Positions 31,772 through 40,981 of a DNA stretch of 64,000 bases are shown piece after piece. The position numbers and the translations under genes are program-made. This stretch comes from Pseudomonadota bacterium (lineage in GTDB: Bacteria > Pseudomonadota > Alphaproteobacteria > Rhizobiales > UBA4765): assembly GCA_041694995.1 (NCBI GenBank), contig JBGFRS010000049.1, forward strand, positions 38,001-102,000, given 5' to 3'. Under the pieces are notes generated by a model. The model was not told where the DNA came from. It worked only from the letters and a program-made list of their open reading frames with translations, and searched no databases. Position 1 is the stretch's first letter. The number at the start of each line of letters is the position of its first letter.

Positions 31772-31848
31772 AGGCGTCCTCCCTTGATCGACTGTATGGG
31801 CCTTCTATACCGAGCATCTCCCGGGTCTTCGAGAGGGCGGCCGCGCAC

Positions 31849-33120
31849 ATGAACGTTCTGCTTCTCGGTTCTGGCGGACGGGAGCACGCCCTCGCCCGGG
31901 CCTTGTCGGCGAGTTCCGTGTTGGCGCGGCTCTACGCCATGCCCGGCAATCCCGGCATCGCGCAGGTCGCGACCTGCGCGCTTCTCGACATCGCCGACCA
32001 TGAGGCCGTGATCGCCTTTTGCCGCGAGCAGAGGATCGACTTCGTGGTGGTCGGCCCCGAGGCGCCGCTGGTCGCCGGCATCGTCGACGATCTCGCCGCG
32101 GCGGGGCTGAAAGCGTTCGGCCCGTCGAAGGCCGCGGCGCAGATCGAAGGCTCCAAGGGCTTCACCAAGGACCTCTGTCGCGACTTCGGCATTCCAACGG
32201 CCGCCTACGGCCGCTTCACCGACCAGGCCGCGGCCGAGGCCTATGTCCGCAGCCAAGGAGCGCCCATCGTGGTGAAGGCGGACGGGCTTGCCGCGGGCAA
32301 GGGCGTCACGGTTGCGGCAACCGTCGAGGAGGCGGTCGCGGCCGTCGCGGCGTGCTTTGCCGGCGCGCACGGCGCGGCGGGGGCGGGGGTCGTCATCGAG
32401 GAATTCATGACGGGCGAAGAAGCATCCCTCTTCGCGCTGACCGACGGCACCTTCGTTCTCCCCTTCAGCAGCGCGCAGGACCACAAGCGTGTCGGCGAGG
32501 GCGACACCGGCCCGAACACCGGCGGCATGGGCGCCTATTCGCCGGCCCCGATCCTGACGCCGGCGCTCACCGCGCGCGCCCTCGACACCATCGTCCGTCC
32601 GACGGTTGCGGGGCTTGCCGCGCGCGGCACGCCGTACCGCGGGGTGCTCTATGCCGGGCTGATGCTGACGGCGGACGGCCCGAAGCTCGTCGAATACAAC
32701 TGCCGCTTCGGGGATCCCGAGACGCAGGTGCTGATGCCGCGGCTCAAGGACGATCTCCTCCCCCTGATGCTGGCCTGCACGGACGGCACGCTGTCCAAGA
32801 TGAGCTGCCGCTGGCGGGACACGCATGCGATGACCGTCGTCCTCGCCGCCAAGGGCTACCCCGGGGCGGTGACGAAAGGCACGCCAATTCGCGGGCTCGA
32901 CGCGGCTGCGGCCGGCGAAGGGATCGAGATTTTCCACGCCGGCACGGCGATGCAGGATGGCGTGCTGGTCGCGAATGGAGGGCGCGTGCTCAACGTCACC
33001 GCGACCGGCGCAACCCTGGCCGAAGCGCGCGCGCGCGTCTATGCCGCGATCGACCGCATCGACTGGCCCGACGGGTTCTGCCGCCACGACATCGGCTGGC
33101 GGACGCTCGGCCGCGAGTAA
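31849..33120 (+). CDS. purD: phosphoribosylamine--glycine ligase
   Basis: Starts [22 protein letters not shown]-grasp body. 423 aa. Confidence 0.93.
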   Translation: MNVLLLGSGGREHALARALSASSVLARLYAMPGNPGIAQVATCALLDIADHEAVIAFCREQRIDFVVVGPEAPLVAGIVDDLAAAGLKAFGPSKAAAQIEGSKGFTKDLCRDFGIPTAAYGRFTDQAAAEAYVRSQGAPIVVKADGLAAGKGVTVAATVEEAVAAVAACFAGAHGAAGAGVVIEEFMTGEEASLFALTDGTFVLPFSSAQDHKRVGEGDTGPNTGGMGAYSPAPILTPALTARALDTIVRPTVAGLAARGTPYRGVLYAGLMLTADGPKLVEYNCRFGDPETQVLMPRLKDDLLPLMLACTDGTLSKMSCRWRDTHAMTVVLAAKGYPGAVTKGTPIRGLDAAAAGEGIEIFHAGTAMQDGVLVANGGRVLNVTATGATLAEARARVYAAIDRIDWPDGFCRHDIGWRTLGRE

Positions 33121-33153
33121 CGCGCCTGGCCGCCGCGAGGCGCCGGCGGTACG

Positions 33154-34086
33154 ATGTCAAGTGCAACGCCGGAGGCCGACGTGACCGTGCTGCCCGAACT
33201 CTTTCCCGGTTTCGACACGCGCCTCGTGCCGACACGCTCGGCCGAGATCTTCTGCCGCATCGGCGGCGCCGGGCCGCCGCTCGTGCTGATCCATGGCTTT
33301 CCGCAAACCCATGCGGAGTGGCACCGCATCGCTCCCGCGCTGGCGGAGCGCTTCACGGTTGTGCTACCGGATCTGCGCGGCTATGGCGCCTCCTCGGTTC
33401 CGCCGACCGACCCCTTGCATCGCGCCTATTCGAAACGCGTGATGGCGGAGGACATCTGCGACGTGATGAGCGCGCTCGGCCATCACGGGACGTTCCGCAT
33501 CGTCGGACACGACCGCGGCGCGCGCGTCGGGTACCGCCTCGCGCTCGACCACCCCATGCGCATCGAAAAGCTTGCCGTTCTCGACATCGTGCCGACGCAT
33601 GCCATGTGGACGGACTTCACCGTTCCGCTCGCGATGAAGGTCTATCACTGGCTGTTCCTCGCGCAGCCGAAACCCTTGCCCGAAATGCTGATCGGGCAAG
33701 CGCCCGTGGCCTATCTCGACTACACCATCGCGAGTTGGACCAAGGCGAAAAACCTCTCCGCCTTCGACGAAGGCGCCATGGCGCATTACCGCGCCTTCTA
33801 TGCGGAGCCCGACCGGCTTTCTGCGACGTGTGAAGACTATCGCGCCGGCCAGACGATCGACTTCGCGATCGACTCGGCCGACGTCGCGGCCGGCAAGATC
33901 ATCACCTGCCCCGTGCTGGCGCTGTGGGGCGCGGCCGGGATTCCGGCGAAAGGCAATGCCGACGGTCCGCTCGCGGTGTGGCGGCGGTGGGCAAGCGATC
34001 TGCGCGGCGAGGCGATCGATGCCGGGCACTTCCTGCCCGAAGAAAACCCGGACGCAACCTTACGCGCGCTGCTCGCCTTCCTATGA
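33154..34086 (+). CDS. alpha/beta-fold hydrolase (haloacetate-dehalogenase/epoxide-hydrolase-like)
   Basis: Contains PPLVLIHGFPQTHAEWHRIAP, RFTVVLPDLRGYGAS and VGHDRGARVGYRLA. Confidence 0.8.
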   Translation: MSSATPEADVTVLPELFPGFDTRLVPTRSAEIFCRIGGAGPPLVLIHGFPQTHAEWHRIAPALAERFTVVLPDLRGYGASSVPPTDPLHRAYSKRVMAEDICDVMSALGHHGTFRIVGHDRGARVGYRLALDHPMRIEKLAVLDIVPTHAMWTDFTVPLAMKVYHWLFLAQPKPLPEMLIGQAPVAYLDYTIASWTKAKNLSAFDEGAMAHYRAFYAEPDRLSATCEDYRAGQTIDFAIDSADVAAGKIITCPVLALWGAAGIPAKGNADGPLAVWRRWASDLRGEAIDAGHFLPEENPDATLRALLAFL

Positions 34087-35171
34087 CAGCGAAGCTCGAT
34101 CGCCAGAGCGCCTTCAGCGGCACGCGCGATATCGCACCGACGCTTGCGATCGATGTCGCGCGGCTCGACGCCTGGATGCGCGCGAACGTGCGCGATTTCG
34201 TCGGCCCGGCAACGCTGCGGCAATTCAAGGGCGGACAGTCGAACCCCACCTTCCTCGTCGAGACGCCGCACCGCGCCTACGTACTCCGACGCAAGCCCCC
34301 AGGAACGCTGCTTCCATCCGCCCACGCCGTCGACCGCGAATTCCGCGTGATCAGTGCGCTCGCAGCGCGCGGCTTTCCCGTCGCGCGCCCGCATGCGCTG
34401 TGCACGGACGACAGCGTCATCGGCTCCATGTTCTACGTCATGGATCGCGTCGAGGGCCGCATCTTCTGGGAACCGGCGATGCCGGACTCGACACCGGCCG
34501 AACGTGCGGCGGTCTATGACGATATGAACGCCACGCTCGCGACGCTGCACGGCTTCGATCCGGCGGACCTCGGCCTCAGCGACTTCGGGAAACCGCAGGC
34601 CTATGTCGCACGGCAGATCGAACGCTGGGCCAAGCAATATGCCGCATCGAAGACCGACGACATCGCAGCCATGGAGCACCTCGCGGCCTGGCTGCCGACC
34701 GCCGCGCCGCCGCAGACGCGATCAAGCCTCGTGCATGGCGACTACCGCCTCGACAATCTGATCATCGCACCGAACGCTCCACGCGTTGCCGCGGTGCTCG
34801 ATTGGGAATTGTCGACGCTGGGCGACCCGCTCGCCGACGTGACCTATCATCTGATGACCTGGGCGATGCCGCGCTCCGAGACCGGCTCCGGCGTCGGTTC
34901 GCTCGCCGGCCTCGATCTCGGCGCGCTTGGTATTCCCGATCTCGAAACGTATGCGAAGGCCTACACGGCGCGCACCGGCCTCGACCCCCTTCCTCGCCTC
35001 GAATTCTATCTGGCCTACAATTTATGGCGGCTTGCCTGCATCCTGCAGGGCATACTGGGGCGCGCCCGCGACGGAACGGCAGCCAACACTCAGGCGGCGG
35101 CGGTCGCGGCGCAGGTCGGGCCTTTGGCCGAGGAGGCTTGGCGCTGGGCGCGCCGGGCAGGAGCACGATGA
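34083..35171 (+). CDS. APH-fold phosphotransferase family protein
   Basis: ATG 34083 overlaps the upstream stop (ATGA). Contains FKGGQSNPTFLV, YVLRRKPPGTLLPSAHAVDREFRV, VHGDYRLDNLI and LDWELSTLGDPLAD. Confidence 0.82.
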   Translation: MTAKLDRQSAFSGTRDIAPTLAIDVARLDAWMRANVRDFVGPATLRQFKGGQSNPTFLVETPHRAYVLRRKPPGTLLPSAHAVDREFRVISALAARGFPVARPHALCTDDSVIGSMFYVMDRVEGRIFWEPAMPDSTPAERAAVYDDMNATLATLHGFDPADLGLSDFGKPQAYVARQIERWAKQYAASKTDDIAAMEHLAAWLPTAAPPQTRSSLVHGDYRLDNLIIAPNAPRVAAVLDWELSTLGDPLADVTYHLMTWAMPRSETGSGVGSLAGLDLGALGIPDLETYAKAYTARTGLDPLPRLEFYLAYNLWRLACILQGILGRARDGTAANTQAAAVAAQVGPLAEEAWRWARRAGAR

Positions 35172-36073
35172 TGCAGAAGACGCATCCACCTGCCCTGCCC
35201 GCGCCGCCACGGTCGGTTGCGGTACGCGGTTGGCGCGGCCCGTCGGTGGCGCTGGCCTTGGGGGCGGGCGGTGCCCGCGGCTTCGGGCACATCCCTGTGT
35301 TCGAGGCGCTGGACGATCTCGGCCTGAAGCCGGTGGCGATCTCAGGAACTTCGATCGGGGCCATTCTCGGCGCCGCCTACGCTGCAGGCTTCACGGGGCG
35401 GCAGCTCCGCCAGCATGTGACCGCTGTGTTCCGGGACCAGACCGCCGTCGCGACCAAGCTGCTGCGCACGCGCGTCGGCCGGTTCCTCGATCTCCTCGGC
35501 GGCATCGCCAATCCCGTCATGGTCGATGCGGAGAAGCTGCTCGAGGCGTTTTGGCCCGAAGGGATGCCGGATGACTTCACGGCGCTGAAGATCCCGTTCA
35601 CGGCGGTCGCGACCAACTTCTTTGGGCGGGACGAGGTGCGCCTGTCGAGCGGCCCGCTGCGCAGCGCGGTGGCGGGCTCGATGGCGATCCCCGGCCTCGT
35701 GAAACCAGTCGAGCGGGAGGGCCTCGTTCTGATCGACGGCGTCGCAGTCAATCCCGTGCCGGTCGATGCGGTCGGGCGCAAGGCGGAGATCGTGGTCGCG
35801 GTCGATCTCAACGGTGCGCCGGCAACGCGGTTGGGCCCGCGCGCGACCTCGGTGCCGAACGCGATCGAGGCGATGCTTGCCGGCTTCGCCATCATGGAAT
35901 ACCGGCTGATGCTGGAGAAATTCGCCAAGACGCCGCCGACGATCCATCTCGAGCCCAGCGTGACCACCTTCGGCGTGCTCGACTTCCTCAAGGTGCAGAG
36001 CATTCTGCGCGCGGCCGAGCCGATCCGGGAGACGACCAAGCGGCGCCTGCACATGCTGCTCGAAAAGCAATAA
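35168..36073 (+). CDS. patatin-like phospholipase
   Basis: ATG 35168 overlaps the upstream stop (ATGA). Oxyanion motif GAGGARG, nucleophile GTSIG, and Asp in [11 protein letters not shown]. Confidence 0.85.
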   Translation: MMQKTHPPALPAPPRSVAVRGWRGPSVALALGAGGARGFGHIPVFEALDDLGLKPVAISGTSIGAILGAAYAAGFTGRQLRQHVTAVFRDQTAVATKLLRTRVGRFLDLLGGIANPVMVDAEKLLEAFWPEGMPDDFTALKIPFTAVATNFFGRDEVRLSSGPLRSAVAGSMAIPGLVKPVEREGLVLIDGVAVNPVPVDAVGRKAEIVVAVDLNGAPATRLGPRATSVPNAIEAMLAGFAIMEYRLMLEKFAKTPPTIHLEPSVTTFGVLDFLKVQSILRAAEPIRETTKRRLHMLLEKQ

Positions 36074-36144
36074 GCCGCAGAGCGCCGTTGCGTCGACGGG
36101 CCGCGAGCGGCTATGCCGGCGCCTCCCCCCGGTTCGAGGTTCAG

Positions 36145-37587
36145 ATGTCGGTGAAGAACAAGCCCTTGAAGGCCCGCCTGCCGCGCGGTTTCGTGGACCG
36201 CACGGCGGCGGAGCTGCGCGGCGTCGACGCGATGCTGGCCACGATCAAGGCCGTGTACGAGCGCTACGGCTTCGAACCGGTGGAAACGCCGCTCGTCGAA
36301 TACACCGATGTGCTGGGCAAGTTCCTGCCCGATGGGGACCGGCCGAACGAGGGCGTGTTCTCCTTCCAGGACGACGACGAACAATGGCTCTCGCTGCGCT
36401 ATGATCTAACCGCGCCGCTCGCGCGCTATGTGGCGGAGAATTTCGACGCCCTGCCGAAGCCCTATCGCAGCTACCGCGCGGGCTGGGTGTTCCGCAACGA
36501 GAAGCCGGGCCCCGGCCGCTTCCGCCAGTTCATGCAGTTCGACGCCGACACGGTCGGCGCCGCCTCCGTCGCCGCCGATGCCGAGATCTGCATGATGGCG
36601 GCGGATACGATGGAAGCGCTCGGCATCGCGCGCGGCGACTATGTCGTGAAGGTCAACAACCGCAAGGTGCTCGACGGCGTGATGGAGACGATCGGGCTTG
36701 GCGGGACTGAGAACGCCGGCCGACGCCTGACCGTGCTGCGCGCGATCGACAAGCTCGACAAGTTCGGCGTCGAGGGCGTGCGGCAACTCTTGGGCGAAGG
36801 CCGCAAGGACGAGAGCGGCGATTTCACCAAGGGGGCGGGTCTCGGGAGTGGGCAGATCGACACGATCGAGCGAATACTTGCCGGCGATATGCAAGACGGC
36901 AACGCCGCAACACGCCAAGGCAGCGAAGAACTCGCCGCGATCTCCGACTATGCGAGGATAGCCGGCTACGGCCCCGACCGCATCCGCATCGACCCCTCCG
37001 TCGTGCGCGGCCTCGAATACTACACCGGCCCGGTCTATGAGGTGGAGCTGACCTTCCCCGTCGCCAACGACGAGGGCCAAGTCGTGCGCTTCGGCTCGGT
37101 CGCGGGCGGCGGGCGCTACGACGGCCTCGTCGGCCGCTTCCGGCCCGAGCCCGTGCCCGCCACCGGGTTCTCCATCGGCGTCTCGCGCCTGGCCGAAGCA
37201 CTGCGGCAGAAGGGCCTGCTCGCGGGCGGGCACGCGCGCGGACCCGTCGTCGTGCTCGTCATGGACCGCGAGCGCATGGCCGATTATCAGCGTCTCGCGG
37301 CCGAACTGCGCGCGGCGGGCATCGCCGCGGAGATGTATCTCGGCGGCGCCGGCATGAAGGCCCAGATGAAATATGCCGACCGGCGCGGCAGCCCCTGCGT
37401 CGTTATCCAGGGCGGCGACGAAAAGGCGCGCGGCACCGTCCAGATCAAGGATCTGATCGCCGGCGCCGAAGCCGCCAAGGCCGTTGCGTCCAACACGGAA
37501 TGGCGCGAAGGCCGCCCGGCGCAGGTGGAGTGCCCGGAAGCTGAGATGATCGCGACGGTGCGGATGATCCTCGACCGCTACCGGTGA
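36145..37587 (+). CDS. hisS: histidine--tRNA ligase
   Basis: ATG 36145 in track ORF 36088-37587. Contains [35 protein letters not shown] and [12 protein letters not shown]. Confidence 0.93.
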   Translation: MSVKNKPLKARLPRGFVDRTAAELRGVDAMLATIKAVYERYGFEPVETPLVEYTDVLGKFLPDGDRPNEGVFSFQDDDEQWLSLRYDLTAPLARYVAENFDALPKPYRSYRAGWVFRNEKPGPGRFRQFMQFDADTVGAASVAADAEICMMAADTMEALGIARGDYVVKVNNRKVLDGVMETIGLGGTENAGRRLTVLRAIDKLDKFGVEGVRQLLGEGRKDESGDFTKGAGLGSGQIDTIERILAGDMQDGNAATRQGSEELAAISDYARIAGYGPDRIRIDPSVVRGLEYYTGPVYEVELTFPVANDEGQVVRFGSVAGGGRYDGLVGRFRPEPVPATGFSIGVSRLAEALRQKGLLAGGHARGPVVVLVMDRERMADYQRLAAELRAAGIAAEMYLGGAGMKAQMKYADRRGSPCVVIQGGDEKARGTVQIKDLIAGAEAAKAVASNTEWREGRPAQVECPEAEMIATVRMILDRYR

Positions 37588-37630
37588 CGCCGCCATCGCG
37601 ACGCCAATCCCCGGCGCGGCGCGAACCACC

Positions 37631-37720
37631 CCGTCGTTGCGAGCGAAGCGAAGCAATCCAGCCCTGCCGCGGTCAAAGACTAGATCGCCACGTCGGCCTT
37701 CGGCCTCCTCGCGATGACGG
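37631..37720. repeat. REP/MITE-like imperfect palindromic intergenic element
   Basis: Ends CCGTCGTTGCGAG...CTCGCGATGACGG are inverted. It contains TTGCGAGCGAAGCGAAGCAATCC, a motif I recognise from dispersed intergenic repeats of rhizobial/bradyrhizobial genomes. There is only one copy in this window. Confidence 0.55.
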
Positions 37721-37753
37721 TCCTTGACAGCATGCAGGGGGCAAGCAAGCCAG

Positions 37754-38755
37754 CTAAAATTGCGTGATCGTCCTGCCGTTCGTGTCGACGAGGCGCGACG
37801 GCTTCTCGCGGAAGACGACGTCCTCGGGTTTGAGCGCGATGCGATCGCCGTCCATGAAGTCGTGCAGCTTCATGATGGTCGCGGCGGCGTGGCCCTGGTC
37901 GAGGAAGTCCTTGGTGCCGTAGCAATCGTCCGGGCGCGATTTGAGGAAGGCCGTGAAGCTGCCGCGGAACACGCGCGCCCCGCGTTCCATGCGGTAGGCG
38001 ACCTGCCGGCGATAGACCTTCGGCATCAGGATCGGGCCGCGATCGGCCGCAGCGTCGATCGGCACGCCCTCGCCGCGATAGACGAGATCGGGATCGAAGG
38101 AGGCGGTGTCGTCGGAATAGGCCGGCCAGACGCGGCGCTTGCGCTTGCCTTTCTTGCAGGCGGCAATGAGCGCCTCGATCTCGTCCGCACTCATCGAGGA
38201 ATAGAAGCTCGGGAACACCCAGCCCTCCTCGGCGAGCCAGAGATTGAGATCGCGAGCAAAGTCCGCTCCCACGCGGATATTGCCGACGAAGCGGCCATAG
38301 GTGTCGACGACGTCGCCCGGCGCGTCGACCGCCGAAACGAAGACGCAGTCGAGCGCCGTCGCATCGATCCGCCGCAGCATGCGCGCGAGCGCGACGGTCG
38401 CCGTCTCGCCCCAGTACTGGCGGCGCTTCGGGCGGTTGAGCGTGTTGTAGGCGGCGCGTTCGGTGTCGGACACGTCCGGGCTCTTCTTGAGCGCGGCGGC
38501 GCGGAAGTGGAGTTCGGGAGCATCGACGCCTTGCAAGCGCACGGTGATCTTGCCGTCGTCGCTGACCACCTGCTTCGTTCCGGTTCCGCGCGAGCGCGCA
38601 CCGAAGAAAACCGTCGTCGGGCGGAAGTCCTGCCCGTCGGCAGCGAAGAAGAAGCTCGATTGATTGACGCGCACCACGATCTTGGTCGTATCCGCGTCGG
38701 ACTGACCCGCCGGCCAGAACTGATCGACGTCGATACGCCCCTCGATGCGCAACAT
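37754..38755 (-). CDS. staphylococcal-nuclease (SNase)-fold protein without signal peptide, with unknown ~100-aa C-terminal domain
   Basis: Start at Met91 of track ORF 37754-39025 (GGGAGGG 5 nt upstream). SNase-like residues SDADT, VRLQGVDAPE, YGRFVGN and LNLWLAEEGW. The N-terminus MLRIEGRIDVDQFWPAG is not hydrophobic. Confidence 0.7.
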   Translation of the reverse strand: MLRIEGRIDVDQFWPAGQSDADTTKIVVRVNQSSFFFAADGQDFRPTTVFFGARSRGTGTKQVVSDDGKITVRLQGVDAPELHFRAAALKKSPDVSDTERAAYNTLNRPKRRQYWGETATVALARMLRRIDATALDCVFVSAVDAPGDVVDTYGRFVGNIRVGADFARDLNLWLAEEGWVFPSFYSSMSADEIEALIAACKKGKRKRRVWPAYSDDTASFDPDLVYRGEGVPIDAAADRGPILMPKVYRRQVAYRMERGARVFRGSFTAFLKSRPDDCYGTKDFLDQGHAAATIMKLHDFMDGDRIALKPEDVVFREKPSRLVDTNGRTITQF

Positions 38756-38891
38756 GCCCACGGCCGCCCTCCCGCGCGAAGCGCCATTCACTATAAACCG
38801 AAGATTGCGGGAACGCGACGGCCGCCCGGCGCGGTGACCGTCTCGCCTTCCCGAAATCCGCCTGTTAGAGGTCGCCCGCAGACGGACCGCC

Positions 38892-40016
38892 ATGACGTTG
38901 CGACCGACCTTTGCCCGCGATGCCTTTCTCGCGCCCCTCGTGGCGGCGGGATACCGGCCCGTGGAACCGGCCATTCTGCAGCCGGCCGACGTCTTCCTCG
39001 ACCTTTCGGGCGAGGAACTCGGCAAACGCCTCTACCTGACGACCGACACCGAGGGGCGCGACCTCTGCTTGCGCCCGGAACTCACCATCCCCGTCTGTCT
39101 CGATCACGTCGCCGGGGGCGACCCGGCGCGGCCGGCCTCCTATTGCTATTTCGGCCCTGTCTTCCGCCACCGCGCCGGAGCCTCCGGAGAGTTCGTGCAG
39201 GCCGGCGTCGAGTCGATCGGGCGCACCGACACGGCGATCTGCGATGCCGAGGTGTTCGCGCTCGCGCTCGATTGCGCGCGCCGGCACGGGCTCGCTCGGC
39301 CGCGCATCCGCATCGGTGACACGGGCCTGTTCCGCGCGGTGCTCGACGCGCTGGGCCTGCCGGCGGCGTGGCGGCGCAAGCTTGCCCGCGACTTCGGCCG
39401 CATCGATCTCGTGGCCGCCGACATTGCCTCGCTCGAGGCGGTGCGCGGCTCGCCGGCAAGCAGCTATGCGGGTATTCTCGCGGCGCTCGGCGGGGCGGAC
39501 CGCAAGGCGGCGCGGGCGCTCGTCGAGGACCTTCTCGCCATCGGCGGGCATACGACGGTCGGCGGACGAACCGTCGGTGAAATCGCGGATCGATTCCTAG
39601 AGCAGGCCGATCTGAAGGACGGCGCGCGCGTGCCGGCCGAGCGCCTGCAGGTGCTGCAGGCGTTCCTGGCGCTGCGCACCGATGCCGCGGCCGCTCCGGC
39701 CGCCTTGTCGGACCTGCTGAAGGCGCTCGGCACACCGGTCGAAGCCGCGCTCGCGCTTTTCGCCGCGCGCACCACCGCGCTTGCCGCAGCGGGCGTCGAT
39801 CTCGCCTCTGCCACCTTCGATCCCGCCTTCGGCCGGCGCCTCGACTACTATTCCGGCTTCGTGTTCGAGATGCACGACGCGGACAGGCCTGATCAGCTCC
39901 AGGTCGTCGGCGGCGGTCGGTACGACGGGATGCTGCAGTTTCTCGGCGCGCCGGCGCCGGTGCCTGCGGTCGGCTTCTCCGTCTGGGTGGAGCGTTTGCC
40001 GGGAGCTGCGCCGTGA
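38892..40016 (+). CDS. hisZ: ATP phosphoribosyltransferase regulatory subunit
   Basis: HisS paralogue without an anticodon-binding domain. Contains [12 protein letters not shown] and [13 protein letters not shown]. 374 aa. Confidence 0.88.
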   Translation: MTLRPTFARDAFLAPLVAAGYRPVEPAILQPADVFLDLSGEELGKRLYLTTDTEGRDLCLRPELTIPVCLDHVAGGDPARPASYCYFGPVFRHRAGASGEFVQAGVESIGRTDTAICDAEVFALALDCARRHGLARPRIRIGDTGLFRAVLDALGLPAAWRRKLARDFGRIDLVAADIASLEAVRGSPASSYAGILAALGGADRKAARALVEDLLAIGGHTTVGGRTVGEIADRFLEQADLKDGARVPAERLQVLQAFLALRTDAAAAPAALSDLLKALGTPVEAALALFAARTTALAAAGVDLASATFDPAFGRRLDYYSGFVFEMHDADRPDQLQVVGGGRYDGMLQFLGAPAPVPAVGFSVWVERLPGAAP

Positions 40017-40981
40017 GCGACCTGGTTCTCGCTCTGCCGTCGAAAGGGCGCTTGCAGGAAAACGCCCAGGCCTTCTTCGCACGCGCCGGGCTCGATCTGG
40101 TGCAAGCGCAAGGCGAGCGGGACTACCGTGCGCGCATCGCCGGCCTCGACGGCGTCGAGATCGCCTATCTCTCGTCTTCCGAGATCGCGCGAGAGCTTTC
40201 GCTCGGCAACGTCCATCTCGGCGTCACCGGTGAGGATCTCATCCGCGAGCAGATCGGCGATGTCGATGCGCGCATCGCGTTCGTGACGCCGCTCGGCTTC
40301 GGGCGCGCCGATGTCGTCGTCGCGGTGCCGAAGGCCTGGATCGATGTCGCGACCATGACGGACCTCGACGACGTGGCCTCGACGTTTCGTGGCCGCCATG
40401 GCCGCCGCTTCCGCGTCGCCACCAAGTACATCAACCTGACACGGCGTTTCTTTGCCGCGAAAGGCGTGGTCGACTACCGCATCGTCGAGAGCCTCGGCGC
40501 AACGGAAGGCTCGCCTGCCGCAGGCGCGGCCGAGGCGATCGTCGACATCACGACGACGGGCCGGACGCTCGCCGCCAACGGCCTCAAGGTGATCGACGAT
40601 GGCGTGATCTTGCGCAGCGAAGCCCATCTCGTCGCCGCCCGCGCCGCCGCGTGGACGCGCGAACACCGCGATCGTTTGAAAGTGATCTGCGACCGCGTCG
40701 CCGCCGAAGCGCGGGCGCGGGCGACACGCGAAATCCGTTTTGCAGCCGCGCATGCAAGCACGCTCGCCGCCGCCGCCGCCGATCGCTTCGCTGCGACCGC
40801 GCCCTTCGCTCCTGCCGGGGACGTTGGCACCTTGCACGTCGCCGCGGGAATGGCCTTCGCCCTCGCCGACTGGCTCCGCGCCTCCGGCGCCCGCATGGTC
40901 ACGATCGCGCGCCTCGACTACGTCTACGGCGGCGACGATGCGCGATCGCGTGACCTGATCGATAGCCTGACCCGAGCCTAG
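40013..40981 (+). CDS. hisG: ATP phosphoribosyltransferase (with C-terminal extension)
   Basis: GTG overlaps the hisZ stop. Contains [13 protein letters not shown] and [16 protein letters not shown]. 322 aa. Confidence 0.9.
   Translation: MSDLVLALPSKGRLQENAQAFFARAGLDLVQAQGERDYRARIAGLDGVEIAYLSSSEIARELSLGNVHLGVTGEDLIREQIGDVDARIAFVTPLGFGRADVVVAVPKAWIDVATMTDLDDVASTFRGRHGRRFRVATKYINLTRRFFAAKGVVDYRIVESLGATEGSPAAGAAEAIVDITTTGRTLAANGLKVIDDGVILRSEAHLVAARAAAWTREHRDRLKVICDRVAAEARARATREIRFAAAHASTLAAAAADRFAATAPFAPAGDVGTLHVAAGMAFALADWLRASGARMVTIARLDYVYGGDDARSRDLIDSLTRA

Noticed and set aside
27578-33087. Long ORFs 27578-29059(+), 30317-31852(+) and 31711-33087(-).
   Set aside because: They are antisense to the MFS gene, xseA and purD respectively. 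The translations are Arg/Gly/Asp-rich with no motifs, while the opposite strands carry clear family signatures.
37610-38834. 10-bp direct repeat CCCGGCGCGG at 37610-37619 and 38825-38834, flanking the nuclease gene. I considered it as a possible target-site duplication.
   Set aside because: It is a GC-only decamer in a genome of about two-thirds G+C. My rough estimate of a chance match between two ~150-bp spacers is of order 0.1. No inverted terminal repeats or integrase are present.
36406-39551. Long ORFs 36406-37656(-), 37724-39319(+) and 38865-39551(-).
   Set aside because: They are shadow frames of hisS, the SNase-like gene and hisZ. The codon third-position pattern fits the partner strand.
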